Made by a program: the position numbers and the translations under genes. Shown here piece after piece: positions 27,452-40,389 of a stretch of 64,000 bases of DNA (its first letter is position 1; the number at the start of each line of letters is the position of its first letter). The notes under the pieces are model-generated. The model did no database searches, had not been told where the DNA came from, and was given only the letters and a program-made list of their open reading frames with translations. Source of the DNA: Ginglymostoma cirratum (Eukaryota). The DNA lies in NCBI GenBank assembly GCA_024137785.1, contig JAHRHZ010000115.1:1184428-1248427 (forward strand), written 5' to 3'.

Positions 27452-27918
27452 ATGGGCCTGATGGCCAAAAGCGCTTTTCGTGCTCCAATTCCCACCTTTT
27501 GTTTGTTTGTTTCCTGCATGGGTGACTGTGAACTCTCATCATCAATTCAATATTTAATCTGTTTTTTCTAACCACACGTTTCAGATCTGAGCAATAGAAA
27601 CTCTTTGCACTGTGGGATTCCTTGCTCACACAGACAGAGGGAAAAGACGTCGCTTTAAACTGCACTTAAACTGCAAACGCTATTAATTTCTGTATCAATA
27701 TCCAGGAAGACAGCCGGAGTTCAGACTGTGGACGAATACAAGCAACGGAGACACATTTAAAGTATATTTCACTCATACCAGGTTTTCTGACACAGTCCAG
27801 CAAACAGACAAGTTGTACCAAGTGACCATTTCGGATTTGAAGCTGTCTGATACCGCGATCTACTACTGTCCAATTTAGCCTCATAATGATGTAAATGAGA
27901 GAGAGAGAAAAAAAAACC
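27452..27918 (+). pseudogene. Inverted TCR alpha/delta V pseudogene (leader 27452/27461-27521, V exon 27585-27881, degenerate RSS)
   Basis: Leader MAKSAFRAPIPTFCLFVSCM|gtgact. V exon ...TQTEGKDVALNCT*...YQYPGRQPEFRLW...TRFSDTVQQTDKLYQVTISDLKLSDTAIYYCPI*. Heptamer CATAATG 27882-27888, GA/A-rich 21-bp spacer, nonamer AAAAAAACC 27910-27918. Confidence 0.85.
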
Positions 27919-29183
27919 TTCTACAACAACTGCTGCAATTTTCTGGGTCACAGCTGCTGTCTGTTCTGACTTCTTTGTAAGAGCAGGTCAGATACTTAGC
28001 TGTGCGGTAAAAGACCAAGCACAATCCTAAACAACAACATGTGAAATCGTTCAAATCGAACACTGATTTTGATGATTGTACTAACTGTCTGAGGGATGAC
28101 TTGACAGCGTTTTTTGGGTATTTCTACGTATTTCCGCAACTGTTCTGGAAGCAGCCATAACATTGATCGTTGTTTCGAAAACTAAATTCACAGCAAAGTT
28201 GTAAATATGTTTTGATTTGAAATATCAGTATTGAACAGATCGCCAGTTGGGTAAGATCCACATAATTAAAATAATCTGATTCAATACTGTTCAAAGTTAA
28301 AGACACTTGCACACATCAAGAAGTAAGGATTCATGATCTAAACGGGGGAAAGGGGACACTCAAAAGCAGGATAAGGGATTGGTGACCACGGAGGATTTGA
28401 AAAAAAAACATTGAATTGGGATATCTGTGGTGTGTTCAGGGTACCAAAACAGATTATCAAATAGCCAACAGTACCGAAAATCGAAAGTGAAAACTGTATG
28501 ATCATGTTTGCTGCAAAATAATCGAAACACTTTGAGTAATCTGAAACCATTAAATACAACTCCATCTAAAAGCAAACTCTTTGTTCTCCTTGTCCGGAGC
28601 ATTCCATGATAGTTTTCACCTACTTCTCCATTTACCTATGATAGAAATAAAGTTATCAACACAGTCCTGGAGAACTACAGGGCTCTTCTCTCCTTCGAGA
28701 GAATACTGGTGTTCGTTCACCTGGGGGTGCGTCAGGTTACTGGAGAAGTTGAGAAAGCCAGACCTTCATTGTGACTTTAGCTGGTTTGTGAATTTAACTG
28801 GTGGTTTTGACATCATTATTCATCATACATCATTCGTACAGCCAACTGAACTTTGTTTAGTTTGCCGTTCTGAACGGCTGATTCACCATGCCAGACAATT
28901 CGGGTCGAATTGTTTTCCTCATACATCTAATTTACAAAATGGAACACATTCTCTAATCACACCTTTCAATTTGTATTCAGAATGTATAATATCTTAAGGG
29001 ATCAGAAGACACTTAACCAAATGTTACATCTGTGGCTCCTGGCTTACCAACGATCTAGTTTGATATGAATTTAGTACATTTGGCAATATATACAAAATCG
29101 AAGTTTGTCCTGAGTTTTCTCACTTTCCGAACGTTGCAACAATGTTTTAATACAAGGTTCATTTTGGTTTTTGTCTCATTTTG

Positions 29184-30789
29184 TTGGGTAGGCTAAAGGA
29201 TAGTAAGATGGACAAATCCCCAGGACCGGATGGGATCTATCCCAGGATGTTGAGGGAGGCGAGAGCGGAAATAGCTGGGGCCCTGACAGATATCTTTGTA
29301 GCATCCTTAAACACAGGTAAAGTGCCGGAGGACTGGAGAATTGCTAATGTTGTCCCCCTGTACAAGAAGGGTAGGAGGGATATTCCAGGTAACGACAGAC
29401 CAGTCAGTCTGACGTCAGTGGTGGGAAAGTTGCTGGAGAAGGTACTGAGGGATAGAATCTATTTATATTTGGAAACGAATGGGCTTATCAGTGATAGGCA
29501 ACATGGTTTTGTGCAGGGGAGATCATGCCTTACTAACTTAATAGAGTTCTTTGAGGAAGTGACCAAGTTCATAGATGAAGGAAGGGCTGTAGATGTCATC
29601 TACATGGACTTTAGTAAGGCCTTTGATAAGGTTCCCCATCGTAAACTAATGGAGAAAGTGAAGTCACATGGTGTACAGGGTGTTCCAGCTAGGTGGATAA
29701 AGAACTGGTTGAGCAACAGGAGACAGAGAGTAGTAGTTGAAGGAAGTTTCTCGAAATGGAGAAAGGTGACCAGTGGTGTTCCACAGGGATCAGTGCTGGG
29801 GCCACTGTTGTTTGTGATACACATAAATGATCTGTAAGAAGGCACAAGTGGTCTGATCAGTAAGTTTGCAGATGACACGAAGATTGGGGGAGGAGCAGAA
29901 AGCATAGGGGATTGTCAAAGAATACAGGAGAATATAGATAGACTGGAGAGTTGGGCGGAGAAGTGGCAGATGGAGTTCGAACCGGGCAAGTGTGAGGTGA
30001 TGCATTTTGGGAGGTCTAATTCTAGAGCAAACTATACTGCAAACGGAAGAGCCATGGGAAAAGTTGATGAGCAGAGAGATCTGGGAGTTCAGGTCCATTG
30101 TACCCTGAAGGTGGCTGCACAGGTGGATAGAGTGGTCAAGAAGGCATATGGTATGCTTGCCTTCATCGGACGGGGTATTGAGTATAAGAGCTGGCAGGTC
30201 ATGTTAAAATTGTACAAGACTTTGGTTCGGCCGCATTTAGAATACTGTGTACAGTTCTGGTCGCCACATTACCAAAAGGATGTGGAAGCTCTGGAGAGGG
30301 TACAGAGAAGGTTTACGAGGATGTTGCCTGGTATGGAAGGTGCTAGCTATGAAGCGAGGTTGAGTAGGTTAGGATTGTTTTCATTAGAAAAAAGGAGATT
30401 GAGGGGAGACCTGATTGAGGTCTTCAAAATCATGAAGGGTATAGACAGGGTTGATAGAGATAAGCTTTTTCCCAGGATGAGGGATTCAACAACGAGGGGT
30501 CACGTTCAAGGTGAGAGGAGAAAAGTTTAAGGGGGATACATGCGGAAAGTACTTTACACAGAGGGTGGTAGGTGCCTGGAACGCGTTGCCAGCAGAGGTA
30601 GTAGAGGCAGGCACGGTAGATTCATTTAAGGTGTGTCTGGACAGATGCATGAGTAGGTGTGGAGCAGCGGGATACAGATCCTTAGGAATTGGGCGATAGG
30701 TTTAGACAGTGGATTTGGATCGGCACAGGCTTGGAGGGCCGAAGGGCCTGTTCCTGGGCTGTAAGTTTTCTTTGTTCTTCTTTGTTCTC
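29184..30789 (+). mobile_element. Young 5'-truncated CR1 (HER1-like) LINE
   Basis: Near-intact RT: DKSPGPDG...QHGF...DFSKAFDKV...[10 protein letters not shown]...KFADD...YCVQFWSP. One stop (29835-29837), one frameshift (~30505) and a (TTTGTTC)-repeat 3' tail. Confidence 0.97.
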
Positions 30790-31220
30790 CACAGTATCTC
30801 TCTGCCCGTAGTAGTGTACTGCAGTCAGACAGCCGCAGCTCACCAATGGTGAAATTCTCCTCAGTTTACGAAATGTCCAGAAATGCAGAAAACCTAATGG
30901 CAACGCCATTCTGGCCTGAAAACATCTCCGTAGGTATGGATGTATTTATGGAACGTAGGGGATTTACAGATACCTTGACGATACAATCGTAAGCAATGTT
31001 TGTCAGCTCTGGCAGAATAGCTGAGATTAATGGTCACCGAATCTCCCTCAAACTGTATCACTCTAATCTGCTACTGTGAGACCGAGTCTGCACGCTTTAC
31101 ATCTACATAAAAACAGAAAGAAACGGATATTAAAGCTTGCGTCCTCGTTTTATCCTAATCAATATCATGAAGGTCAGGGAATATGCTGAAAATCGAGAGA
31201 AATGCAGTTCGAGTGAGTAT
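30790..31220 (-). pseudogene. TCR alpha/delta V pseudogene; RSS interrupted by the CR1 insertion
   Basis: Exon from 31102: DVKRADSVSQ*QIRVIQFEGDSVTIN...LYRQ...RFSAFLDIS*TEENFTIGELRLSD/TAVHYYGQR. Heptamer TACTGTG 30790-30796; perfect nonamer ACAAAAACC at 29166-29174 on the far side of the LINE. Decayed leader at ~31175-31220. Confidence 0.85.
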
Positions 31221-32245
31221 CGATGAAGGGTGAGCATTTTTCAATTTTAGAACTTCATAGTTAAAAAGGCTACAGCAGGCAGGAATGAGTAAATAAGAAT
31301 GGTTGATATGTTTGCAGAACTGATGGCAGAGTTGCACAGAGGGAGATGAAGCTGAATTGTTTAATCTCAGAGCTCATGTTGAGTCATAGCCCGTTTCGCT
31401 GCCATGTGGAATTTTTATGACAGGTTCGCAAATGTACCTCCAATGGGCTCACAGTTGCTTTGTTCTCCAGTCCATTACTTCCGATGTATTGTCAAAATAA
31501 CATTGAAAAAAGGAGCTGGAGAACGTAATTTAGTCCACCGAACTTGCCGTTCCACTCAGTGAAGTTCGTGTATTTCTCACAAACTTACCATTTTTTCCAC
31601 AATTGTTTCCTTTAGCATCGTTTGGTTATCAATATTGGTATGAAATGAACTTGACTGAACAACGAAAACTGTTTGGGGTAATTAATAATAATGAAACTGC
31701 TATTTTCTTCAATTCGATTAATCGAGTCACAGAGCACGAAAACAGACCCTTCGGTTCAACCAGTCTATGTTGATCGTAATCCGAAACTAAACTAGTCTCA
31801 CCTGCCTGTGCTTGGCCTATATCCCTCTTAATTTTTTTTAAAATTCATGTATTTAACCAAATGCCTTTTAAACGTTGTTATTGTTCCCGCATCGATCACT
31901 TCCTCTGGTAATTCATTCCACACACTTGACCTCTGAGCAAAATAGAAGTGTCTATCATGTGTTTTCAGTCAACGCAGCTAATCTTTGATTTCAGTTACTG
32001 ATGGGTAATGGTAAATTGTTATGGTAACACTACCAGAACTTTCTATTAAACGAGTTGATCGCTGACCATGAAGAAAACTCGCAGCGGTTTAAGCAGGCAG
32101 TTTATGTTGAATGTCCTGCATTCTGCACCATCGAAAGAGTTCCAAAAGGTGATGTGCTCTTTGTACTGTGATTTTGATCCTATTAACAATACATAGTAAA
32201 AGTTACAGATCTGATACAGAGAGGGGAGGTGAGTGTGTCTTTTTC

Positions 32246-32284
32246 GGTTTTTGTATTGGCTGACTGGGTCTCTGTATCAGAGTG
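32246..32284 (-). other. 23-RSS of the intact V
   Basis: CACTCTG (32278-32284) + 23 bp + ACAAAAACC (32246-32254). Confidence 0.95.
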
Positions 32285-32720
32285 GAACTCAGTGCACAGT
32301 GATAGATGGCTGAGTCAGACAGACGGGTTTCATTAATTCTCAAAGGGACCACTTTTTTGACTTTGTCCAAATTGGCAGAAAACCGGTCACGGAAAGCTGG
32401 TGAGCTCTCCCACTCTTCATCCTTGTACGCCCTCAGTAAATATCTCAGAGCTTCCCCAGGATGTTGGACGTACCAGAAGAGAGCCCTAGCAGCCGACGAT
32501 TTGTAACCACAGTTCAACATTACCGTTTGTCCTTCCTCAACCGATAACTGAGGTGGGCTCTGGGAAACTGAATCTTGACTACTCGTTCCTGTAACAAATA
32601 CGGAAAAGTTGTTACAAGTATGTGAGTAAATATAAGCTAAAGAATACTTATTGACGGTTTTAGGTCAGACTCACCATGCAGAATAGTCATGATTATCAGG
32701 AATGTGCTCAGGGAACACAT
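32285..32720 (-). CDS. Intact TCR alpha/delta V gene segment (leader exon 32675-32720, V exon 32285-32588)
   Basis: MCSLSTFLIIMTILHG|TSSQDSVSQSPPQLSVEEGQTVMLNCGYKSSAARALFWYVQHPGEALRYLL...DRFSANLDKVKKVVPLRINETRLSDSAIYHCALS. gtgagt/acag phase-1 intron; Cys23, Trp41 and Cys104 present; no stops. Confidence 0.95.
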
Positions 32721-34292
32721 GACATCAGTTTCCATCTGATCAAAACCAAAAAAAAAAACTTTGTTTTAATATTTTTTGATTAATCTGTTCAGAAATCTTA
32801 TGACACACCTGTTGTACGGGACTTAAACCCAGAGCCTTCTGGCTGTGAGGTATGGACAACACCAGAACACCAAAAGACCCCGACAGTTTTCGTCTTATCT
32901 GAAAGATTGAGCTCAGATCACGGACAGCCTTCACTCATTGGGCAATTGAGTGACGTTCCACCGCGATGTGATTAGTTGAGTTCTCACTTCTGATCTTACC
33001 AGTTAACCAATCACTGTTGGATTCAGGACTCGGTACGACGTCTCTCAGGTCAGTGACCTGAGGTCCCTGAGATTGGATAGTACTGCAGCACATTTTTCGT
33101 GACCACAATTTACACAACTGTCATTTTAACTTTATCGCAGCTGACAGCTGGCATTACAGGATATATCTTTGTTAGTGAAACTTCACCTTGTATAATGTGA
33201 TAAATAAAATCTGTTAAGCTCTCAGCTGTTTGAAGTCATACCTAGAACAGATGTAATAGCTACCAGACATCTCAGCCCGAGGTCGTCTTTGCAGGAGTTA
33301 CTCGGAAGAGTGCTAAGAACCCATTATTTTCACCTACTTCATCAATGACACTCTCCCACTTTGGCCAGGGACTGAAAGTACAGACCTCAGTGTTGCTCCT
33401 TGACCGAGCTATGCCGACAAAGAAGCCCCGTCTCAGACCCTGTGTGCCTTCGAGAGCTTGGAGACTTGCTTGGGAACTGACTGTATTGTTATGACCTGGG
33501 TTCTAAGAAGTCCACCTGTTTGATGATGTTTGTACAATATTTAGCAGATTTTGCGTGCAAATGCACCAAGACCTGAATAGTATTCAAACCTGAATCGAAT
33601 AGTTCAAAGCAACCTTTACATTACTGTCTTCAACAAAACACAGTCCTACTATTATCGCTGAATTGCAATACCTCTGCCTCGCTGAAACAACACTTTCAAC
33701 ATCCCGGGGGTTTCCTTTCCACAGATACTGGAACAGCCACATAAGTGTGATCATACCAGCAGTTCAGAACATAGGAATTAGCAAGTAACTCACGTCTTGT
33801 CTCCCTGTAGCCTGTCACCGTCTGCAGGACAGAACTCAGAAATGTATTAGAATACGCTCCACTTCCCTGTAAGTATGCAGATCTAGCAACAACCAGGAAG
33901 CTCGAGACTATTCACTATGAAAAAATTCGGTACCCACTGCCGGGGAGAATATATTTTCACTAATGTGAAAATGCTAGGTGTGAAGTCATATTAGTTCTGT
34001 GCGAAGGAAGATTTTACAATGTTGTGTGTCGCGTGGAGAGAGGATTGATCGCTTTCAATTAGAGAGGGATCGGAATCGAAAAGCAACAAATATCAGAGGA
34101 CGATTTACAAAGCTAATATGTAGTATGAACAGAACTAACAGAGGCTAATTATGCATGCGAACCTCGAATGCTCTCCTTTAGCGTTATGTGTTTCATAACT
34201 TTTTAACAAGTCTTGTGGTTGTGTCATTGCTCAGAGTGAATTCTGTTTGTGAGGGCGTCCTCCAATGAGCACTAACGGAAGCTCTCATCGTA

Positions 34293-34809
34293 GTCTTTTG
34301 TGTGGAATCCGCGTTATGTCTGCAACAGAGTAGGTTGCAGGACACAGTGATACATGGCACTTTCAGAGAAGGGAATTGTGCTGATTGTTAGTTCGGCGAT
34401 CTTGTCAGTTTTATAAAGCATAGAAGAAAGTGGATCACTAATGCCGTTGCCTCTGTACACACTGCGCGTAAAAAGCCTAAATGGTAACTGTGCGGCTGCC
34501 CAGCACGTTGAAAGTACCAGTATGCATAAGTGTTTAAATTCAAAATGCAAATTTATGTGACATTCTTTGCCTCATCAACTGTTATTTCAACAAATAGTTG
34601 TTCCACTGGATCCTGCTGGCTCCAATCTAGCATAAAATGCAGTAAGAAAGAAAAGACAGTCAGCATCAGCCTCATATTTATCAACATTATCGTCACCGTT
34701 ACTATTATTTTAGCAACACATTGTGATATAAAAATAATCTTTTGCAAAGATTGAGATACTTACTGAGAATAGATACAACGATAAGGAACGGTTTGGGACA
34801 TTTTCCCAT
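34293..34809 (-). pseudogene. TCR alpha/delta V pseudogene (leader 34764-34809, V exon 34333-34626)
   Basis: Leader MGKCPKPFLIVVSIL|gtaagt. V exon WSQQDPVEQLFVEITVDEAKNVT*IC...AYWYFQRAGQP, frameshift, ...ELTISTIPFSESAMYHCVLQP. Heptamer TACTCTG 34326-34332; nonamer-like ACAAAAGAC 34293-34301. Confidence 0.9.
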
Positions 34810-34906
34810 GGTTCCCAATTGTCTACTTCAGTAGTGCAAGAAATCCTCTGGCACAGCAGAAGGGCAGATCGCTGAACAATTGTGATTCCAATACAATCAA
34901 TGTCAA

Positions 34907-35071
34907 NNNNNNNNNNNNNNNNNNNNNNNNNNNNNNNNNNNNNNNNNNNNNNNNNNNNNNNNNNNNNNNNNNNNNNNNNNNNNNNNNNNNNNNNNNNNNN
35001 NNNNNNNNNNNNNNNNNNNNNNNNNNNNNNNNNNNNNNNNNNNNNNNNNNNNNNNNNNNNNNNNNNNNNNN
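34907..35071. other. Assembly gap (165 N)
   Basis: Run of N. Confidence 1.
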
Positions 35072-35754
35072 GGGGATTCCTCAGTCTCTACTGCAACACT
35101 GGCAGGGTAATAGAGACAGAAACAGTTAATCTTCCAGTTACAATGACTGTCCTTTTGAAGGTGTTCTACCGATGCTGCCAGACCTGCTGAACTTCGCGAA
35201 CAGTTCAATATCATTATTTCAAATCTCCCGTATCAGCAGTACTTTGTGCTATTGAGCCATGGGCATGGAGCTCCATTTCCAGATATCCTCACCCTGATTT
35301 TTAACATCCTACTAAGGGTGATCGTGCCTTCAGCTACCTGGACCTAAAATCTAAAATTTTCTCCGGAAATGTTTGAAAACTGATTTGTTTTGTTTCCCTG
35401 ATTGAAAACACTCATTGTAACCGATCGCTTTGTCCATGTTTTTACTCATGTAATTTAGTATGCCATTAAGTTCTTGTGAAACTCCGGAACATATTCTTAT
35501 ACTCTACTCTTTAGGTTGTTGTTGTTCTGTGATTCCTGATCACTGACGGAGTGAAATAGGCTACGCTATTGTAAGTCACAAGACATAGATTACTACAACA
35601 GAGCTGAGAAAAAATGAGCTCTGAACCCATTATATTATCCCTGTTCTCTGGATCAGGTAACTATCCAATGTCTGTCGTATTGCAGAGCGAAGAGACTCTG
35701 GATCCAGTGTATTATCCCTGTTAAGACCATGTAACAACACGTTTGTTGAAGAAC

Positions 35755-36115
35755 GAGTTGAGGCAGTATAAATTGCAGAGTGATGAGTAAACAATGGGGG
35801 AGTAAAACGGACAGGAGAGCCGTGGAAAACATCCCTTATTCACTGTAGGCAAGCTGTTTTTTATTGTACGAAGGGCATGCGTTCTATTTGGAGCCTGCAA
35901 ACAAGACCGTGTGGTGAAAGTGATTTGTCTGCCACTGTATGTTCACACCCAATTTTGAAGAAAGACCACTGGACCGGAGGCGTTGACTCTGTGCTGGAGG
36001 GCTCTTTCCGTGTTGGAAACAAATAAAAAGCTCGATGATATAACAGTTTCGCAGGTGAAGCTTCTCTCTGGTTAACATGCTCTAAAATAGTAAAAAGAAT
36101 AAACAACAACATCAT
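35755..36115 (-). pseudogene. Heavily decayed V relic
   Basis: Leader-like MMLLFILFTILE, then 'KIGCEHTV', 'QAPNRT' and CACTCTGCAATTTATACTGC (DSAIYYC-like) in V-domain order with frameshifts. Confidence 0.45.
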
Positions 36116-36142
36116 TGAGAAAAGGTGTGCGCTCTCCTGTCT

Positions 36143-36207
36143 TCACTGGAGTTCTAGTGGTTAGAGTTGGGCTTTCCTGCTGCTAGATTTGATTCCTGTT
36201 CAGAGAA
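36143..36207 (+). pseudogene. Decayed tRNA-Glu-like pseudogene
   Basis: TCACTGGAGTTCTAGTGGTTAGAGTTGGGCTTT...TTGATTCCTGTTCAGAGAA resembles tRNA-Glu with an internal deletion. Confidence 0.4.
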
Positions 36208-37244
36208 TCAGGATTTATGATCTATGGAGTTGTTCAATGTATTGCAAATGGAATGTGACCAGACTTTGAAAATGGAAGGAAAAAGCACCATGCACAGCGG
36301 GGCGAAACTGTACATGCTTTGTGTCTCTGGACAAGGCTTCAGCCAAACATCAGAGGATCGAGTCAGTCCATTTTCACACATTCATAGCCCCCAATTCACC
36401 GAAATAATTTATTTTCTTCCCTGGATCAGTACCAACAATTGTTTACCGGCCTGATTTTATTTTGTTGCTCCCTTTCGCGCCAGCTTTACCTATCTGCCCA
36501 CTACTCACCTCTGTCTACATCATCAGTATTAATATCACTTTTTCATAAAACAAAACAAAGAGCTGAAGATGTTAAAGCTCTGAAACTCAATAAATCTGGC
36601 AACCTCTGAGCGGAGAAAGCAGAGGAAACGTTTAAAGTCAAGCGATTTTTGTTCAGAACTTCCTGTTGCTTCTAGCTCAGATATTGAAATATAGGAAGTT
36701 CCTGATGCTCCAGTACTGAATATTAGACAGGACAGGACAGCAAGTGAGTTGGAAGGAAACGTGTGACACCTGCTTTCTTGGTCCTTCCAGGTGATGGAGG
36801 TGGAGGGTTTGGGAAATTCTATCAAATTTCCGGTGCCGTTGTAGAAATATAAAACCCCTCTCGTTTTACATTTGTCTCTCCCATGTCTCTCTGGTGTGAT
36901 AGAGGCTGTAGTGCTGTTTAGACTCAGACTTGGTGACAATTCTCCTTCCTTGAATTTTTTTTCGTGAAACAGTCAAGATTCAATGAAAGTCTGGCAGGTT
37001 TTCTTGTACAAATTTTCCTAGCACTTCCCAGAAATTATCAGATTCTTTCAAGTCTGTGATTTCAAACTGTCGTTGTGATTTTGAATACTCTTGCTCTGAT
37101 GATCTTCTGTTTAAAATGATTTTCACAGTTAATGAGAAGGGGAAAATCGGAAATTGACGGATCGATTGAAAATTGAGCCAAACATTCTATCAGGATCAGG
37201 TGAAGTCGCCTGTTATATCATTATTTGTATGTCATCTGTTTTGG

Positions 37245-37550
37245 AACATGGGAGGAAAAAGCCCTGTTCAAATTTGTGAGAAACTGTCCATGCATTCCTT
37301 GTTTGAACCAATCTTCAGCCAAATGTTTGATTTATCGAAACAGAAATACTGTCCGAACGTGGAGAAACGTTGAAGTGCATAGGAACGAACTCAATTCAAT
37401 TCAAACCAAATGTTGCAGAAATAACATCGGTGCTGTCAACCAGGGAAGGCACTGTTCACCTGCACGGATTGTGGGAAGAGATTCACATAGTCGCCCACCA
37501 TGGTGAAACACCAGCAAGTTCACACTGGGGAGAGATTGTTTAACTGCCAT
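37245..37550 (+). pseudogene. C2H2 zinc-finger gene fragment
   Basis: LFTCTDCGKRFT (actgttcacctgcacggattgtgggaagagattcaca) followed by VKHQQVHTGERLFNC. Confidence 0.7.
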
Positions 37551-40260
37551 TATCTATTATTCATTTCCTATGTCTGTAATAAAGTTTGTATTTTATCGCT
37601 GTTTTGCATTTTAATTTTCCTTATACTGATTTTACCTAAACGAGATTTCCATCGCTGCGAATTTCGTGCCCACATGCTACTGGCATGCCAGCATGAGTTT
37701 TTACAGGACCTTACATAGCCAGCGACATTTTATCCCGAACTATGGTCAATTTCTATTTCACACCCGATCTTATGTTAACAATCAATTTGCGCACTGCTAC
37801 AATTCCCTTTATTTCTGTTGCGTTTCCCCCGTCCTATGACTGCAACCTCCTAACACACACACAAAGAAAATGCTCCATGTTTGTATTTTTTTCTGCTGTT
37901 ACCACCTTTCTACATCTCTTATCAAAATTTTCTCCGTCTCCTTTAATCTCCTTCGCCTTCTAACCTTCTTTTACCTTCTCTCAGGCTTTCATACTCCTCC
38001 CTACCCTTCTGTACAGAATAAAACCCCACAATTTTCCACTTGTATCAGTTTCGAAGAACAGTAATTTTGATTGGGAATGCTAGTGTTTCACAGATGCTGC
38101 CAGACCTGTTAAGATCCACCACGACTTTCTGTTCTTATATCAGGTCTCCGTCATTGCACAATGTTTTGTTTGTGTGTACAGGAGATATTAGAGCAGGTGA
38201 CAGGAAGTTTGGTTACGGATGAAAAGATTCAGGAACACCGATGCAGAGAGCAGGAACATTTTAAGAACGAAATTCCAGAGCATATACGACGTGAGATTGA
38301 AAAGAAAAAGATCACTAATTGTGAAGCCATACAAATTAGGATTGTGCAAGAGGCCTGAGTGAGATGAGTGCAGGTACTTTAGAACGTTGTGCTTCTGCAG
38401 GAGATGGCAGAGATTGGGATGGGTATAACTGTGAAGAAAAAAAATGTGAATTTTAGAGTTCGGGAATACATGCGTATCTTTAATGACTATGAAAGGCAAG
38501 CTGAAATAAATAGAATAATTTGGACACTTTCAGGATTATTGATTTTGTGGAAGTCAGCTGGACACTGTCACCTTCTCATAGCTGAAGTTGATGATTATTC
38601 AGGAAATCAAATGACTTTAGACAAGCAGAGCAACCTATCTTGGAAGGAGATAACAAATGGAGATTATTGCCCTAATTCCTCGAAAGAGAAAAATTGGGTC
38701 CTAGAGGACCGGAACATATTGCAATGGTTGTTGACTAGACGTCCCTGGTCTTAGAATGCTGTTTGGCAGACTCAGAAGTCAGTCAGCATGTGACGCGTCC
38801 CCTCCCACTTCACCCCTCCATGATCCTCGGACAGTTCGATTTTTCTAGTCACTGAGCCGAAATGACTGCTATCGTGTTTTGAGACTGTGCACTGTGCTTA
38901 CACCCGTTGGAATATTTACTGCACATTTCCAATCACTCTGCGAATTGTGTCCGTGGGACTGCTTCTATTTTGACTACAATCATATTCTGAATGATCATAA
39001 GATACGGAAGGAGAATTCGGCCATTCAGTCCTCCGAGTCTGTTTCGTCATTCAATGAAACCTGACCTGATATGATCATCTTTACTGCTTGTACAACATGG
39101 GACAGTTAACACAACTCTCGGAGTCTGCTCCACCATTCATTATGATCATGATCCATAATCAATCTCAGTATCTTGCTTTTATTTCTTTCCATACCCGTTG
39201 ATTCCTTTAGCCCGAAGAAGTATATCTACTTCCTTCTGGAAAACACTCAATTTTCAGGTCTCGGTGCTTCTTGTGGCAATAAATTTCACAGCATCACCAC
39301 TCCACACAATCACTGTGGGTCGTGTGAATCGGACAAATCAGGCAAATCTTCCTCACTGAAACAACCGACACACAGAAAATTCTAAACACTTCAAAGTCTA
39401 ATTTCTTCCTGTTTCCGTCGCTGTATCATTTCCAGCTCTGTCTGGCTGTCCAGCCCCCAGGACGATTAATTACTTGACACAATCACAGGCAGATCACGAA
39501 GTCAATCTTTGCCTGGAAAGCAAGACTACGGAATGTAATACAGTTGAAAACTGATCTTTTCTTTTCGCACATCTGCGTAAAGAGAAACCAGGATTTCATC
39601 TTCCTGATCCGTCCATATATTGATTCCAGGAATGTTTTCTCTGCCAACTATCCTGGGTCATACCCTGCTTCTAGTCCTGCTCCTGTTGAAATGGTTTGAA
39701 ACGTATCAGATTGTCGCGTTTGGTTTCTGGGTGGAGAAAACCGAGTGGCCATAATTTTATCTTGTACAGCAGATGCACACAGGAAGGTACATGACAGGCT
39801 GATGCTAATAGGTGTAGTTTTGGAGGCGCTGAGCTATACTGGAGGGTAGACAACAATAATCGCTGTCGGTTAACACGTACGATTCTATACCCCAGGCAAA
39901 AAATAATTAGAAGCTTCTCACTCAATTTATGAATAATCTTGACTTCAAAAGGCAATGGTACAAAGCATGAAAGTCTATTCCACTGGAGTACGGAACAAAG
40001 TTACAGACTGACTGTGACTAGGATGATGGGGATCTCCAGCAAAGAAAGAGACAACACAGAAGCAGGCGCCTGATGGCAAATGCGGTTTGCATTTCTTTCA
40101 GCGAAGTTCGCCATTTCTGAAAGTGGGGACGATTGAAGTGAAGCAGTAACTTTAATTATCTTTGCTAGTTGTTCATCTTGTAACTGCTACCATATCGGCT
40201 CATGTCCTTGTTAATACCATAACTCTGCAGGATGTGATTTATGCTGCGGCATTATCAATT

Positions 40261-40328
40261 TGGCCAGTCGTGCAATGGATAACATGCCTGATGACGGGCA
40301 ATTCTACATTTAACGTCTGGGTGGCTGG
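40261..40328 (+). pseudogene. Decayed tRNA-Arg(ACG)-like pseudogene
   Basis: GGCCAGTCGTGCAATGGATAACATGCCTGATGACGG...GGGTGGCTGG compared with tRNA-Arg GGGCCAGTGGCGCAATGGATAACGCGTCTGACTACGG...GGCTGGCTCG. Confidence 0.55.
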
Positions 40329-40389
40329 GTTGCATTTGTTTCTGCAAACGTTATCTGGCCACTTCATTTACTGAGCGAACTGACTTGGC

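Noticed and set aside
32158-32225. Possible third RSS array below the intact V (cagagag 32217, tactgtg 32164)
   Set aside because: No nonamers at 12/23 spacing and only weak linker similarity.
34882-35214. ORFs spanning the N run
   Set aside because: Artefacts of the assembly gap.
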